A stretch of 64,000 nucleotides of DNA, from contig NC_058368.1 in the NCBI RefSeq assembly GCF_018350175.1, positions 219,978,001-220,042,000 on the forward strand, given 5' to 3'. A model generated the notes under the pieces. It saw only the letters and a program-made list of their open reading frames with translations, was not told the origin of the DNA and made no database searches. The DNA is from Felis catus. Its lineage: Eukaryota. Of the stretch, positions 39,362 through 52,494 are shown piece by piece (within the stretch, counting starts at the first letter, position 1; each line of letters starts with the position of its first letter). Position numbers and translations under genes: made by a program.

Positions 39362-39500
39362 TAATAGCAAACACTTAAGTAGGGTTATCAATAATAGGAT
39401 ATTTGAATGTGGGCGAGTAGTTAATAGCAAACACTTAAGTAACTTGGATCATTGTTGTAGGATTATCAATAATAGGATATTTGAATGTGGGTGAGTAGTT
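39362..39500. repeat. Local tandem duplication (60-bp and 78-bp copies)
   Basis: TAATAGCAAACACTTAAGT...TTATCAATAATAGGATATTTGAATGTGGG(C/T)GAGTAGT occurs twice. Confidence 0.9.
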
Positions 39501-39645
39501 AAAAGATTAAAGATAAAATAGACTTTATTAGAAAATAACTAAATCAAACAATCACTCATCTGCAAAGTTAAAAATAGCGGTTCAATTAAACCGGCAGAAT
39601 TTTAACTTAAACAGCAAGATGTATTAAATTAAGAAATGATTTTCA

Positions 39646-39836
39646 GGACACCTGGGGGATTTAGTTGGTTAAGCATCTGACTTAGGCTCAGGTCATGATC
39701 TCGCGGTTCATGGGTTTGAGTTCTGCATTGGACTCTGTGCTGCCAGCTCAGAGTCTGGAGCCTGCTTTGGATCCTGTGTCTCCCTGTTTCTCTGTTCCTC
39801 CCTCGCTCTCTCTCTGTCTCTCTCTCTCTCTCAAAA
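39646..39836 (+). mobile_element. Can-SINE
   Basis: Imperfect TSD AAGAAA..ATTTTCA. Confidence 0.9.
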
Positions 39837-40328
39837 AAGAAACTATTTTCAAAATTGGACATGGAATATAAAACAAAATAGTAGTTATTTCTGGGTAGTG
39901 TAATTAGGGGGAATTTTAATTTTTCTTGTTTTTAATATATACTTTCCAGTTGTTTACATGGAACATAAATGCCTCCAAGACCAAAGAGCATCATGAACAT
40001 GTGGACAATAACCACTGAAAAAAACAATGGCAGCACAAAAATACCTGTCCCAATGGGCATCCTAAAGACTCTTTCAAATATATAGAATTTAGTAGTAAAA
40101 TATAACCTAATAGGAACGGAGATTATAAAGCAGTGAGAAACAGAAGGTCTATAGGTAGATGCTGTCATTGTGATGTCTCTGTAGTGCTTTCTGTGCTGCA
40201 TTACCACCAGTGCTCAGTGACGTCAGTGCCAGCAGCAAGCAGGTTAGAAGCACCTGAAGGCCTGTATCACACACTTATTATTCAGTACTGAATGTTTTTT
40301 AATCATTAAGATATTGAGATGTGGGTGA

Positions 40329-40872
40329 TGCTAGAGAGCAAGAATATCCTGTCCCTTTCAAGCTCCTTCTAGCAGCTGGACTAAGAATCAAACTGACATG
40401 GGACAGGTTAACAGGGGAAAATACACATTTAATTTCTTACTTACCAAACGGAATCCATATGAACAGGGAACTGCCCAGACAGGCAAAATGAGGTACATAC
40501 ATCATTTCGAACTAAGAAGAAGGGGGTAGAGACCTGGGACTTCAAAGGGAAGGAATGCAATTCACAGGAAGATGAAAAAACTGATAAACAAATATTTTCT
40601 GGGTCACTCAGGAACAATGGGGTGGAGAGGACTCTGCCATATAGGCCTTACTACGATCTGCCCTGTCTGCTACACCTAGCTCAGAGTATAATGTAGTTCT
40701 CTGTGGTGATAGCTGTCTTCCTGGAGCAGGTATTCTATTTAAATCTTTTGTAGCCAGTCGTGAGGAAAGTAGAGAGCTTTTCCTGAATCTGTTGGTGTTT
40801 GATTGCTTTTTAACTCAAAATAATCTTGACGCCAGGGGGCACATTTGGGGTGACCTGCTGTTGGCCCCTCCA
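40329..40872 (-). mobile_element. ERV1 solo LTR with intact ends
   Basis: TG...CA termini with perfect 4-bp TSD GTGA (40325-40328, 40873-40876); minus strand starts TGGAGGGGCC...CACCCCAAATGTGCC...GATTATTTTGAGTTAAA. Confidence 0.85.
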
Positions 40873-41039
40873 GTGACTTGTTACCTTATCTTCTAGGGAG
40901 AATTTAGTGTTCTTATGCGCTGAAAACATAAAAGAGATTTGTACCAGGGTATTTTATTCTCTAAAAGAGATTCAAATGGGAATTGTAGAATTTATTAAAT
41001 CAAATTAACAGTTCGATATGTCATTTTAAAAGCAGGCTA

Positions 41040-41252
41040 GGGGCGCCTGGGTGGCTCAGTCGGTTGAGGGTCCGACTTCAACTCAGGTCATGATCTCACA
41101 GTCTGTGAGTTTGGGCCCCACTTTGGGCTCTGTGCTGACAACTCAGGGCCTGGAGCCTGTTTCAGATTCTGTCTCCCTCTCTCCCTGTCCCTCCCCTGCT
41201 CACACTGTCTCTCTCTCTCAAAAATAAATAAATATTAAACATTAAAAAAAAA
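41040..41252 (+). mobile_element. Can-SINE
   Basis: TSD TAAAAGCAGG(C/T)TA. Confidence 0.93.
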
Positions 41253-41358
41253 TAAAAGCAGGTTAGACCCAGCAGAAGACGTCATTGCACTGGATGTGCA
41301 GAAATAAAGGGAAATGAGAATGGATAGTACAGAAAAATAAATAAATAAATAAATAAAG

Positions 41359-41365
41359 GTGTGTG

Positions 41366-41405
<40 letters not shown>
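41359..41405. repeat. (TG)n microsatellite
   Basis: Seen directly. Confidence 0.95.
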
Positions 41406-41406
<1 letters not shown>

Positions 41407-42478
41407 TTGTAAGAAACATGAGGAAGCAGGAAAAAAGTGTCTAAAATACATATAATTTAAGTGAAAATACTTGAAGAATCACTAGCTAAACATTTTCTGA
41501 AACTCATGATAGACATTAACCCACGGACTGCTGTAGCACAATAAACCCCTGTGAGAATTTATTAAAAGAAAATCATACTTAATGCATCATAATAAAGCTA
41601 CTGAAATCCAAATACATGAAAAGAAAATACTGTGCATAAAAAAACACTTATTTTTTAGTTGGGACACAGAAAATGTGAGAATAGGAAGATATAAAACATA
41701 TTGTGCAAATAACAGTCAAAATAAAGCTTTGTATATGCACTACTGTTTGACTAAGTAGGCTTTAGGTTAAGAAAAATATTAGTGTTACAGGGGGCTGGAG
41801 TGTATTTATATTTAATTTTGTAATATAAAGAATCTACCACAATGTCAAAATTATGCAAAATGCTCAGTATTTTGTGTATCTATGCCTGAGCATTGTACAT
41901 AGACTAAAGCAAAAATTGTCTAGCTTTATGAACCTGCTCACTTTCTTTATTTTACTGAAAAGTAACCAGTAACATATTTGGGACAGAATTTTCAGTTCTA
42001 CTGTTAACAGTAATCTAAAGCAATCTGCTGCACCAAGGACACAGGTATACACTTACATATATACTTAAATAGCATTTATAATTACTCCCAACAGCAAAGC
42101 CCTAGAAACAAAATGACTAGCAATATAAGTTGGATTAAGAAAATTATGTAGTTTTAATATAGATGTACAATGGAGAACTATAAAGCAATATAAAAGACTA
42201 TGGTAGATGTATATATAGTAATGTTAAAAATGAAAATGTGTATTAGATAAATTAGGCACAGTTGTAGAGAAATATTCAGTGTATAGCCCTGCATATCTAA
42301 AATACATTTGCAATTTTGTATGTATGGGTCTGACTCTATATATAATGTGTACATGCATATGGAAATGTATGTAAAATGTTGCAGTTATATAACTGAGCAG
42401 TTGGATTGCTTGGGAATGGTAAAGAAAGAATATTTTTTCTCCTTTATTCCTTTTGCATCTTTGTGTAATTTTGGTTTG

Positions 42479-42481
<3 letters not shown>

Positions 42482-42520
<39 letters not shown>
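42482..42520. repeat. (TG)n microsatellite
   Basis: Seen directly. Confidence 0.95.
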
Positions 42521-42522
<2 letters not shown>

Positions 42523-43474
42523 CAAAGAGCATCTTTACTTTCATAGAAAATTAAAAATGTGTTCATTTTTTATAAGATTACCAATGTGTGCATACATACA
42601 CACAGTGAAACAGTGTTCACAACAGTTGCAGTACCAGGATTAGTATAATTTTAGAATTACAATGAATTGGTTTATCCATTTTGGATAGAATACTACACGA
42701 AGCATATGTTACTATTTCCTAGAGCATTATGAAATTAGGACTGCACTTTGCCAAAATATGCCAGATGGCCATGATATATGCCAGTTGCTCATAGTGACTA
42801 CTGTGCCACATTTCAAGCTTGGAGTAAGGCTGAAATATGGTACAAAATATCACCAATTCCTGAGAGCAGATTGTTAGAAGACACAGCCGATGTGATCCAA
42901 GCATCTCCACCACCCACATTTCCCTGGTTGTTTAAAATAATAATAAAATAATAAAGCAATTCTATTCCTTACAAGGCATAAGAATCATTTAACATGCCTT
43001 CTATAGCCTCAATGGAGGGTATAGAATTGTCTCTTAGATGACATTTGTATTCATAACACTTTGTGGGTGCTTATGAAATTTGAAGTGATCTTCCATAAGA
43101 AAGCTTACTTATGTGATCTATTTGGATTCTAGTTTTCATCCTTAGAAGAATCATCCCAACTTAAATTTAAAAATTAATGTAAAATCATTTTAAATGCTCT
43201 ACTTCCTACTTCCATATGAAATAAACAAATCGTTTACATATAAAAATTTAAAAGCTATTTAATGAATAAAGTGCACAAAAATATAGGAGAAATAATTTTT
43301 CCTAACGCCCCCCCCCACCCACCCCACCTCTTCTTAGATATCTAGTCCAAGAGATACTCGTAAGACCTTCTCCCCCAAGATGCTCCTGATTCAGGACATC
43401 ATTCTTGCTGACCTACACCTTCAACTGTACGTTTTCCATGGTAAATCATAGGGATACAAAAATTGCACAGCATT

Positions 43475-43658
43475 GGGTCCCCTGAGTGGCTCAGTAGGTT
43501 GAGCATCTGACTTTAGCTCAGGTCAGGATCTCACATGATCTGTCAGTCAGTACAGAGCCTGCTTGGCATCCTCTGTCCTCTTCTCTCTCTGACCCTCCCC
43601 TACTTGATCTCTCTTTCTCCCAAAAATAAACAAACACTAAAAAAATTAAAAAAAAAAA
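43475..43658 (+). mobile_element. Can-SINE with an internal deletion
   Basis: Imperfect TSD AAAA(T/C)TGCA(C/A)AGCAT. Confidence 0.88.
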
Positions 43659-44384
43659 AAAAACTGCAAAGCATCAGCTGAAAAAAAAATACAGGCTGGC
43701 ACAACACTTCTCTGAATCTTACCACTCTCACTCATTTTATACCCAGGCTTCTTTTTCTTCTCAGACTCTACTTTCGCATCCCAAACCTCAAGACTATACC
43801 AGTGAAGTTTTTCTCTCACGTTCCTTAGGCTTGTGTATTGGTACGAAGGTTTATCTCTTTTAGATTTTTGATCGTGAAAATTTTGAGTTTACTTAACATT
43901 GCTTGGTTACTTTTGCTGGCTTTATATATATTCAAACAGTATATTTTTTATAGCCAAGTCTCTTGCAAACTGTCAAATGATATTTTTAAAAATAAAATAT
44001 AGTTTTTAAATAATTAAATAGTTACTATTTTACTTTTCCATTTTCCTAAGGGAAGTACTAATAAAAATTTAAGGAATTTTCCATAAACTGAAATATATGG
44101 TTTAAATTATTTCATATTAGGTAAAATATTAATATCGGGACTCCATGGATGTGTCATTAGGTTCATAAGACATTTATCATCAAGGCTTTAGGAAATCTTT
44201 GATTTTCTTTTCTTTTCTCTCTCTCTCTCTCTCCCTCTCTCTCTCTCTTTCAATCTCATTTTTGGTCATGGGCTGGGTGGTAGCTTATGGTCATCGGCCT
44301 TTATTTTATATTTAAAAATTGTATCTTTAAATACATTCTATTAACACTTGATAAAATATATGTCAGTGTCTTTTTAGGTTTCTT

Positions 44385-44555
44385 TTCCTTTTTTTTTTAT
44401 TTTACCAGTTTCATTGGGAAATGATTTATATCACTCTATAAGTTAAAGTTCCATACAGGATATAAATATATATATGTATTTATATGTATATATGTGTATA
44501 TGTACATATGTACATATATGTATATATGTAAATTGTGAAATGATTACCTCAGTAT
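44385..44555 (-). mobile_element. Very short L1 3' end with AT microsatellite
   Basis: Poly-T, CCAGTTTCATTG...ATTGTGAAATGATTACC. Confidence 0.6.
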
Positions 44556-45122
44556 ATTTCTCTTAAATCATATTTAGCTAATCTTAAGGACACTTTATTC
44601 ATGTTTTTGTATTAAAAATTCTCATATAAAATTGATAACTTTAATATTTATACTTCACTAATTTAACACAATTTTATTATGCCCATATTTTGCTAACAAT
44701 ACATAACCAATTCATAAAGTATTGTTTAATAACTTCTAACTTTTGTTCTTCTGTTTTGAAAGTATTCTTCATCACTAGCTAAATTTTTATAAATAGAGAA
44801 ATAGAGAAAAGAGCCTCACCATACAGACAACCAGATCCTTTTTTTCATATTCTATCCCTATGATAGATGGTTAAATTTTTATTTTAGTGTCAATATCAGC
44901 TTTTGACATGATAACACACTATCATAAAAGAATCATGTTTTTAAAATAATTTTTGAAACATTATTTGTGAATACTTTTAAAGCATATCAATTGATTTCAA
45001 CGTTTATCTAGTTTTTTCACTTAACTTTAGTTTTTTTTTCCCAAGAGTTTTATTTTATAACTGTAATATCCTGAAGTTAGATTAATTGGTAAATGTAGAT
45101 ATATGCCTTTAAAATATTTCCA

Positions 45123-45333
45123 GGGGCGCCTGGGTGGCTCAGTTGGTTGAGCGTCCGACTTCGACCCAGGTCATGATCTCATGGTCTATGCGTTCGAGCC
45201 GCGTCAGCCTCTGTGCTGACAGCTGGGAGCCTGAAGCCTGCTTCAGATTCTGTGTCTCCCCCTCTCTCTCTCTGCCCCTGCCCGCTTGTGCTCTGTCTCT
45301 GTCTCTCAAAAACAAATAAACATTAATTTTTTT
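45123..45333 (+). mobile_element. Can-SINE
   Basis: TSD AAATATTTCCA at 45112-45122 and 45334-45344. Confidence 0.93.
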
Positions 45334-46458
45334 AAATATTTCCAAATTGCTATACAAAGAAATAAAATTATCTTACTTAAATTATTTTAAAAATAATTTA
45401 TAAATATTATAAATATTAAAAATATAAAAGTAGCCATAGGAAAATATACAACTCATTAGAATAAAATATAAAATACTGTGTATGTAACTAAAAGTAATAA
45501 AGTACCAGTTCAGTATCAAAAATCCATATTTCAAACCTCACTTCTCCATTTACCAGGTTGTGGGCAGGTTGCTTATTATTCTTTATGCTTTCTTTCTTAT
45601 ATGAAATATGAAAACTAACTTTATATTAACCAAAGTATTAATTTAAGAAGTAATAACTTATTAATAAAAATTCTAATTATAGCAATGGCATGTATTTTGT
45701 TCTGAAATATTGTTTTATTTTCAATGAAAATTTGCTAAATGTCATTTAAGTACAAGGTGTAATTTTTCAAGTTATAATTTGAAAAATAACAATTTCTAAA
45801 ATTTAGTCTTGAGACTCTGCTTGAAAATGCAAACTTCAGAAAGATTCACTCACAGAATGTATAACTCTTCTGAATCCATAACACTGAAAATGGAATTTGT
45901 AAAACTACTTTATTTTATTGGTTGGGTTCATTGAATTGTGGATGAATTTTGGCTAATGGCATGTGGATTTCAGCAAAAATTTCAACTCTGTCCATGCAAG
46001 CTGAGTAACCAACAGACCCTAAATTCAGAATAGTCTACCAGTGCCCTCTGCAAACCTTGAGGTCTGTCCTCAAGGCACCACTGAACCAAAGATGAATAGG
46101 AGCTATAAGCACATGTGTAGATAGATACAAAAGTAAGACAGTCCACAAAGCTTGTGAAAGTGTGTGAAGGTTTCATGAAGGAAGTGAAGTCTGAGCTCAT
46201 TCTGGGAAGAACTGCTGTCTCACAGTAAAGAGTGAGTATATGAGAAGTAGCATTATGAAAGGCATGGAAAGAAACATGAAATCACAAGTCAACTTGTGTT
46301 TGGGAATACAAAGATGAGTACAAGAAACAATGCATAACGACCCCACAGAGATATTAAGAGGCAGGAATCAGGAAAAGACTTCCTAGTCGTACAAAGGAGA
46401 TTATATAAAATATTGAATTTTAAAAGAAAGCTCTTAGATTTTAAAATAGAACATGCTT

Positions 46459-46721
46459 GGGGTGCCTGGGTGGCTCAGTCAGTTAAGCGTCTGACTTTGG
46501 CTCAGGTCATGATATCAAAGTTTGGGAGTTTGAGCCCCACGTTTGGTTCTGTGCTGACAGCTCAGAGCCTGGAGCCTGCTTCGGATTCTGTGCCTCCTCC
46601 TCTCTCTGCCCCTCCCCTGCTCATGCTCTGTCTCTCAATAATAAATAAACGTTAAAAAAATTTGTTTTAAATAAAATAAAATAAAATAAAATAAAATAAA
46701 ATAAAATAAAATAAAATAAAA
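46459..46721 (+). mobile_element. Can-SINE with an (AAAAT)n tail
   Basis: Head GGGGTGCCTGGGTGGCTCAG; pentamer run at ~46670-46728. Confidence 0.93.
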
Positions 46722-46950
46722 TAAAATAGAAGATTCTTTTTTTTTCTTAATAAAGCTTTGGAACAGCAGCTTAGGTAATTAATTTATATTGAATGTGATT
46801 GAGATTGGGACACTTTATTAGTATTTCAGGTAGCCAAATCATGAGGGCCAAAATTTTTGGTAATGTTTAATGTAAAGAGAAAAAAAATGTCTTTACATTT
46901 TTTCTGATGGGAATCAGCATTATGCGTTCTTTTGTAAAAGAAGGTAATTA

Positions 46951-47174
46951 GGGGGGAAACTGGGTGACTCAGTGGGTAAGTGTTGAACTTCTGCTCAAGT
47001 CATGATCTGGTTAGTGAGTTCCAGCCCCTAGTTGGGCTCTGTGTTGACAGCTCAGAGCCTGAAGCCTGCTTCAGATTTTGTGTCTCCCTCTCTCTCTGTT
47101 CCTTCCATTGTTTCAACTCTCTCTCTCTCTGTCTTGAAAAATGACTAACATAAAAAAAAGAAAAAAAGAAAAAG
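46951..47174 (+). mobile_element. Can-SINE
   Basis: TSD AAGAAGGTAATTA at 46938-46950 and 47175-47187. Confidence 0.92.
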
Positions 47175-47798
47175 AAGAAGGTAATTAGAATCTAGAATGT
47201 AGTCACACACAACTACCCAAATTCTTGCTTTAATGATTGGTTGGACTGAATTAATCTAAATTAAAGAATGGAGAGAGAGAGAGTAGGATTTGAAAGAAGC
47301 AGATGAGCTGACATTTGATCTCCGTGTATCAATGTATGTTTACAAGACACTAGTGGAGAAACAGATGACTCTGAAGCTCCTAGAGAAATAGGTCAGCTAC
47401 TGAATTAGTGAACAATCAATACATAAGCATAGTAGAAATTATTAGACAAGATAAAACTGCAGAAGATAAACGGGTACAATGAGAAGTGTGCTAAATGCTT
47501 TTGAGAAAATACAGGATTATTTACACATTAAAACTGCTTAATTGCAATTCAAAATCCATCATAATTAATTCAGATCTACAGGGAAGTTGAGTATTTGTGT
47601 GATTCCACATTAAGATTTTAATTATTTTAAGGCATCCAATACAATGCTATTAATGAAATGTTTAACAATAGAAATTTCAGTAATGTGAGGCAGCCAGTAG
47701 AGGGGGTCACATTTCAGTGTAAACCAGAGACCTCTGGCTTTATATAAATATTCACATTTGATCAACTTTTCCAGAAATAAGACTATGTAATGCAGTTT

Positions 47799-48038
47799 GT
47801 TTTTTTGTTTTTTTGTTTTTTGTTTTTACTTTTTTAATGTTGATTTTTGAGAGAGACAGGGGCGGGAGGGGGAGGATGACTGGGGGAGGGGCAGAGAGAG
47901 TGAAACACAGAATCTGAAGCAGGCTCCAGGCTCTGAGCTATTAACACAGAGCCTGACAGGGAGCTCCAACTCACAAACAAGGAGGTCATGACCTAAGTTG
48001 AACTTGAACCCTTAACCTACAGAGCCACCCAGGCCCCC
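47799..48038 (-). mobile_element. Can-SINE
   Basis: TSD GTAAT(G/T)CAGTTT. Confidence 0.9.
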
Positions 48039-49489
48039 AGAGGTAATTCAGTTTTCACTAAAACATAACTCATTCCTACAATGTCCTTGGCGTTACTAAA
48101 CATTTGGAATCTTTTTTTTTCTTTTTTTAAAGAAAAGGCAATTTTTGAGCCAAGAAAATATTCAAATTAGAAAAAAAATCATTTAACTTTTTGATATAGA
48201 AGACTTGTAGAGTAAATGCAATTCTTAAGAACATAAAAAATCACTCCATTTTGTAACAATCAACTTGTTCTCTGTCCCTTGAATATATTCAGTGTGAGAC
48301 ATCGCATGGTGTCAGTGTTTCCGAGCAGATCCCAGCAGACTGTGAGAAACACGGGAACTCTTGTCAATCTCTTCATAATAAATATTTCAAAGTCGGTATA
48401 ATGTAGAATTAATGTTTTTGGCCTAAAAGGTATACATTCATCTCCCAGATCAAAAGAGAGACACATCTATTTAACCGGAAGTTCAGACAGTTCTTATTCC
48501 AGCAAATCCCAAGCATCTGACCTGTTCTCTCTGTTTGGAATCACACTGGAGAATCCCGTGGCATGAAAATTGGCCCAAGCCCTAAATAAACCCTCTTATT
48601 CTACAATATTGCATTTTTCCTTTTGGAAGAATTTTACAGAACCGGCAAAATTAAGCAAAAGAAAAAAAGTAAAAATAAAAGTAAAGTCCCTCTTAAATCT
48701 AAGTTTCTTCTCTATTACAATCTCCTTTCATTGGCGAAGAGTTTCACATAATAAAATATTTTAAGGAAAATAGAGACATCGACATATAGTAAATTAATGT
48801 TTTTGAGACATTAAAACAAATAAAGGTACCTGGTATATGTTCTAAAATATCTGCTATATCCAAGAGGGGGGAATTAAAGATACTAGATTCTATCAAAAAT
48901 AGAGATTTCATCATTGCGGCTTTCATGTACTCTGCTCTGGCTTAGGGCAGCGAGAGATTCCTCTAAGACCAAGCTGAAATCTGTCTCCTGTAACATTTAC
49001 CCTATATCCTTATTCTACTTTTTAAGCTACTTCGTGTTACCCATTCAAATACTTGATTTGTCCTGAATAAAAATGAGCCTATTTCTTTTTAAGCACAGAA
49101 AGACTTAGTACATTTTCTCAAGCTTAGTTGAAGAAATGGTATTATAATGCTCAGACTCATGTATCATTTGCAAATAAGTAAAATGACATCATTTACTTCT
49201 TGGCCACAAACTGCATATCTGTTTTTCCTTCAACAATATGAATTCCTGTGCAATCTGGAGTAAGGGCTGTGCCCAAGTAGAGTGGACACGGTTTCCTCTT
49301 GGAGCAAGAACAACAACAAAAAGTCATTTTGGCTTGCTTTACTACTTTTGTGTGAAAGTGAGTGTTTGCTTCTTTCAGAATGATGGTGGATTTTCAGAAT
49401 GGGAGACTGGAAATAATTAAAACTGGATTTCATTTTTGTTTGCTTTTAATGTTTACCATACATTGAAAAAATCCTGCTCAAGTACCAAG

Positions 49490-49566
49490 ATTCTAATATA
49501 TATATGAATAGAATATAATATATTCTATTCTAATATATATATATGAATAGAATATAATATATTCTA

Positions 49567-49607
<41 letters not shown>

Positions 49608-49620
49608 GAGAGAGAGAGGA
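49490..49620. repeat. Duplicated AT palindrome plus (TA)n(GA)n
   Basis: GAATAGAATATA-A-TATATTCTATTC occurs twice. Confidence 0.9.
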
Positions 49621-49965
49621 CTTTGAGTATAGATTTGTTGTATTTCCTTCCATGTATATAACTCATTTGTGTGTGTTGTGCATTTCAGATTTCCTCTCTA
49701 AATAATTTGTAATGAAGCCCATGCTCTCATTCTATACTCAAAAATAAAAACCATCATTTCCAGTAAGATATTTGTTAATATTGCTATTACCCATCTATTT
49801 AAAAATCATATTTTTATAGCTTTTGTTACAAAAGAGGAAAAGAGCCATAAGGAGCCATAAGATCTGAGAGTCCTTATTATCTTCTAATTTATTTTAATAA
49901 ATATATTTAAAATACTGAATAGAAATAATTTAGCTCTATCAAAAAAGAGTTTGTGATCTCATAAG

Positions 49966-49967
<2 letters not shown>

Positions 49968-50007
<40 letters not shown>

Positions 50008-50009
50008 AC
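49968..50009. repeat. (CA)n microsatellite
   Basis: Seen directly. Confidence 0.95.
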
Positions 50010-50039
50010 TTGAAAAAATGTCCTCCCTCCCTATATACT

Positions 50040-50512
50040 TACATACAGTAAAATGTACATTTTTCCTTTACAGAGCTTTTTATGGGTGAAAAGTTAAAAA
50101 TGTATGTTATGTACTTTATAACCTACCTTCTTCCCCAACTTAATATTTTGAGAGTCATTTACGTTATAATGAATTACAGTAGTCTATGCAATTCTTATTC
50201 TGTGTATTATTCAATTGTAAGAGGGCCACTCTGATTATACCTGCTATAAGCATTCAATTACAAGTATTTTGTAAGACTACGTTTTTATTTCTCTGGGGTA
50301 AATAACTAAATGTGTACTTGCTGGGACACATGTTAACTGAATGTTTAATATATAAATAACAGAATTCTAGTTAGTCCACATTCTCAGAAATATGTTATCC
50401 TCATTCTTTTTCAATTTTATCCACTCAAGTGGGTAAATTTGTATCTTTGTTGCTTTTAATTGCATTTCCCTAATGATTTTGAAGATATTTTCATGGATTT
50501 GTTGGCCATTGG
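50040..50512 (-). mobile_element. Ancient L1 (L1ME-like) fragment
   Basis: TTTAATTGCATTTCCCTAATGA...TTTTCATGGATTTGTTGGCCATT. Confidence 0.65.
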
Positions 50513-50559
50513 TCGTGTGTGTGTGTGTGTGTGTGTGAGCAAGTGTGTGTCTGGTAGCA

Positions 50560-51045
50560 AGAGGACTATTGCTGACACTTGATCTGCAGGAATGTTCTTT
50601 CATGTGTTTCATTCCTTGGTCGCAGGTTGTTACCTCACACCCCTGCGTTGATCAATACTCAGCTCAACATTCATGTGCCCCTCTGTAGACCTCCCTCATT
50701 CTCTTTGTGTGCAGGTCTTTTCCTCTGAGCATTCCACCCTATATAATCTCACTGCCTTCATCTCCTTAGTCTCCCAGCTTTGTTTCAAGTTATAGACTCC
50801 ATAGTGTCTGCCTGGGGTCACCATCCCCAAGCCAGGATCTAGAGACTCTCCAGGCAGGAATTTTGGGCAACTGAGGTGCTAACATGTGTTGTTTGTTTCT
50901 AGTCTCTCGGGACGTCCAATGTACTACTGTTTTGTGTCCTAAAAATTATTGTTCCATTTATTTCATTTGTTTTGTGGGTTGCTACATGTGGGTGAGTAAA
51001 TCTGGTCATTATTACTTCATCTTGGCCAAGAATGGAAGTGTCTGA
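50560..51045 (-). mobile_element. Ancient L1M 5'-region fragment
   Basis: TGATCAATACTCAGCT...CCCTCTGTAGACCTC...GTAAATCTGGTC...TCTTGGCCAAGAATGGAAGT. Confidence 0.55.
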
Positions 51046-52286
51046 ATTTTAATTTTATTTAATTTTAATTAATTTGTACTTAAATTCATATAGCCCTATG
51101 ACTAATGTCAACAGAACTTCACACACAGCAAAGTTCTAGATGCTTTGAGGGTACTGTATAGTTCACTCAGTTTGACCACACAGCACATTTTATCTTCCTC
51201 CTGGAAAGTCCTAGAGAGGAAGTCCTGCAGTAAAGGAGACGGCTCAAATCAGCACTCACCATACTTTCTTTCACTCTAGAAACATTTCATTGTGTGATAG
51301 CTATTAACATCCTGTGGATGCTGTGTTCTGCTGAACAGTTTTGGGAGATGTTGCTTAGAGAAATTTTATATTTATATCTTTCTATATAGAGAAACTTTAT
51401 ATTAACACACTTTCCTTCAGTGTGAAGAAAGGATTTTGCCCCAGTGTATTAAGAACAGAGTTCCTCATTTTACTTCTTTTGTGTAATCGGGATTTCTTTG
51501 GAATCCTTCTCACTGCAGCAGTAGCTTTCCTGAGAGAATTAAAACTGATAAAGACTCCATATTTTGGAAGCCTTGAGATCCATGTTGCACATCTTCTGCA
51601 CTTTATATGTTATCTGATGAAAAAGTGAATAAATATGTCATTTTCTCATTAAAAATAGTTCCTAAATATGTCCACTGAAGGATTCAAAATGTTGCCTAAC
51701 CTAGAATCAATGGGTTACCCTGGTATTCATACTGTAGTATTGAAACTATAATTTTCACTAAAAGGAACCAGGATAAACTGAAGATAAAATAATTACAGAT
51801 CAGAGAAAGCAATTTAGTACATAAGCATGGGATATCTTGTTATGCAATACTGGGTTCCTCCCTTACTCACATCTATGTACAACTCATACTTCATTGTAAA
51901 TTTTGATTTCAAAGTAGTAAAGAAAAATAATTATTGAAAAAACTGGCCATCCCATTAGCAGTGCTGAGTTGTGACCAACAGCCTTCAAATGTGTATCTTT
52001 TGTTGTTTCCTATTAGCTATTTTAGTCTTCAGAGCATTAGCAGGCTGCACTCTACTCTTTAATTACCTTAATTTTACCTGCAACTGTGCCACCATACTTC
52101 TTCCCCAAACCCTAAATTTCTACCTGGATGTTGGTTTGAGAAATAAAGAAAAAACCTCAGGCATATGTATAAAAGTGGAATATTTTTATGCTAACATCAT
52201 TAGCTCAAAGGAGAACATGCAATGTCAACACATAAGAACAAAAAATATTTTTCCTAGTAACAAAGTTTATTGAAACAGAAGTAAAA

Positions 52287-52453
52287 GGGGGTGCCTGGGT
52301 GGCTCAGTCAGTTAAGCGTCCGACTTCGGCTCAGGGCATGATCTCGTGGTTCGCGAGCGCGAGCCCCACATAGGGCTCTCTGCTGACAGTTTGGAGCCTG
52401 GAACCTGCTTTGGATTCTGTGTCTCCCTCTCTCTCTGTCCCTCCCCCACTTGA

Positions 52454-52494
<41 letters not shown>

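Noticed and set aside
39362..39500. Repeat-spacer appearance suggesting CRISPR
   Set aside because: Only two copies, mammalian context, no cas genes; a simple duplication
42224..42643. Overlapping 106-aa and 111-aa ORFs
   Set aside because: Span a (TG)n tract and an old L1-like tail; no coding signature
49230..49433. Short opposing ORFs in unique sequence
   Set aside because: No recognisable protein or consistent splice structure; lengths expected by chance
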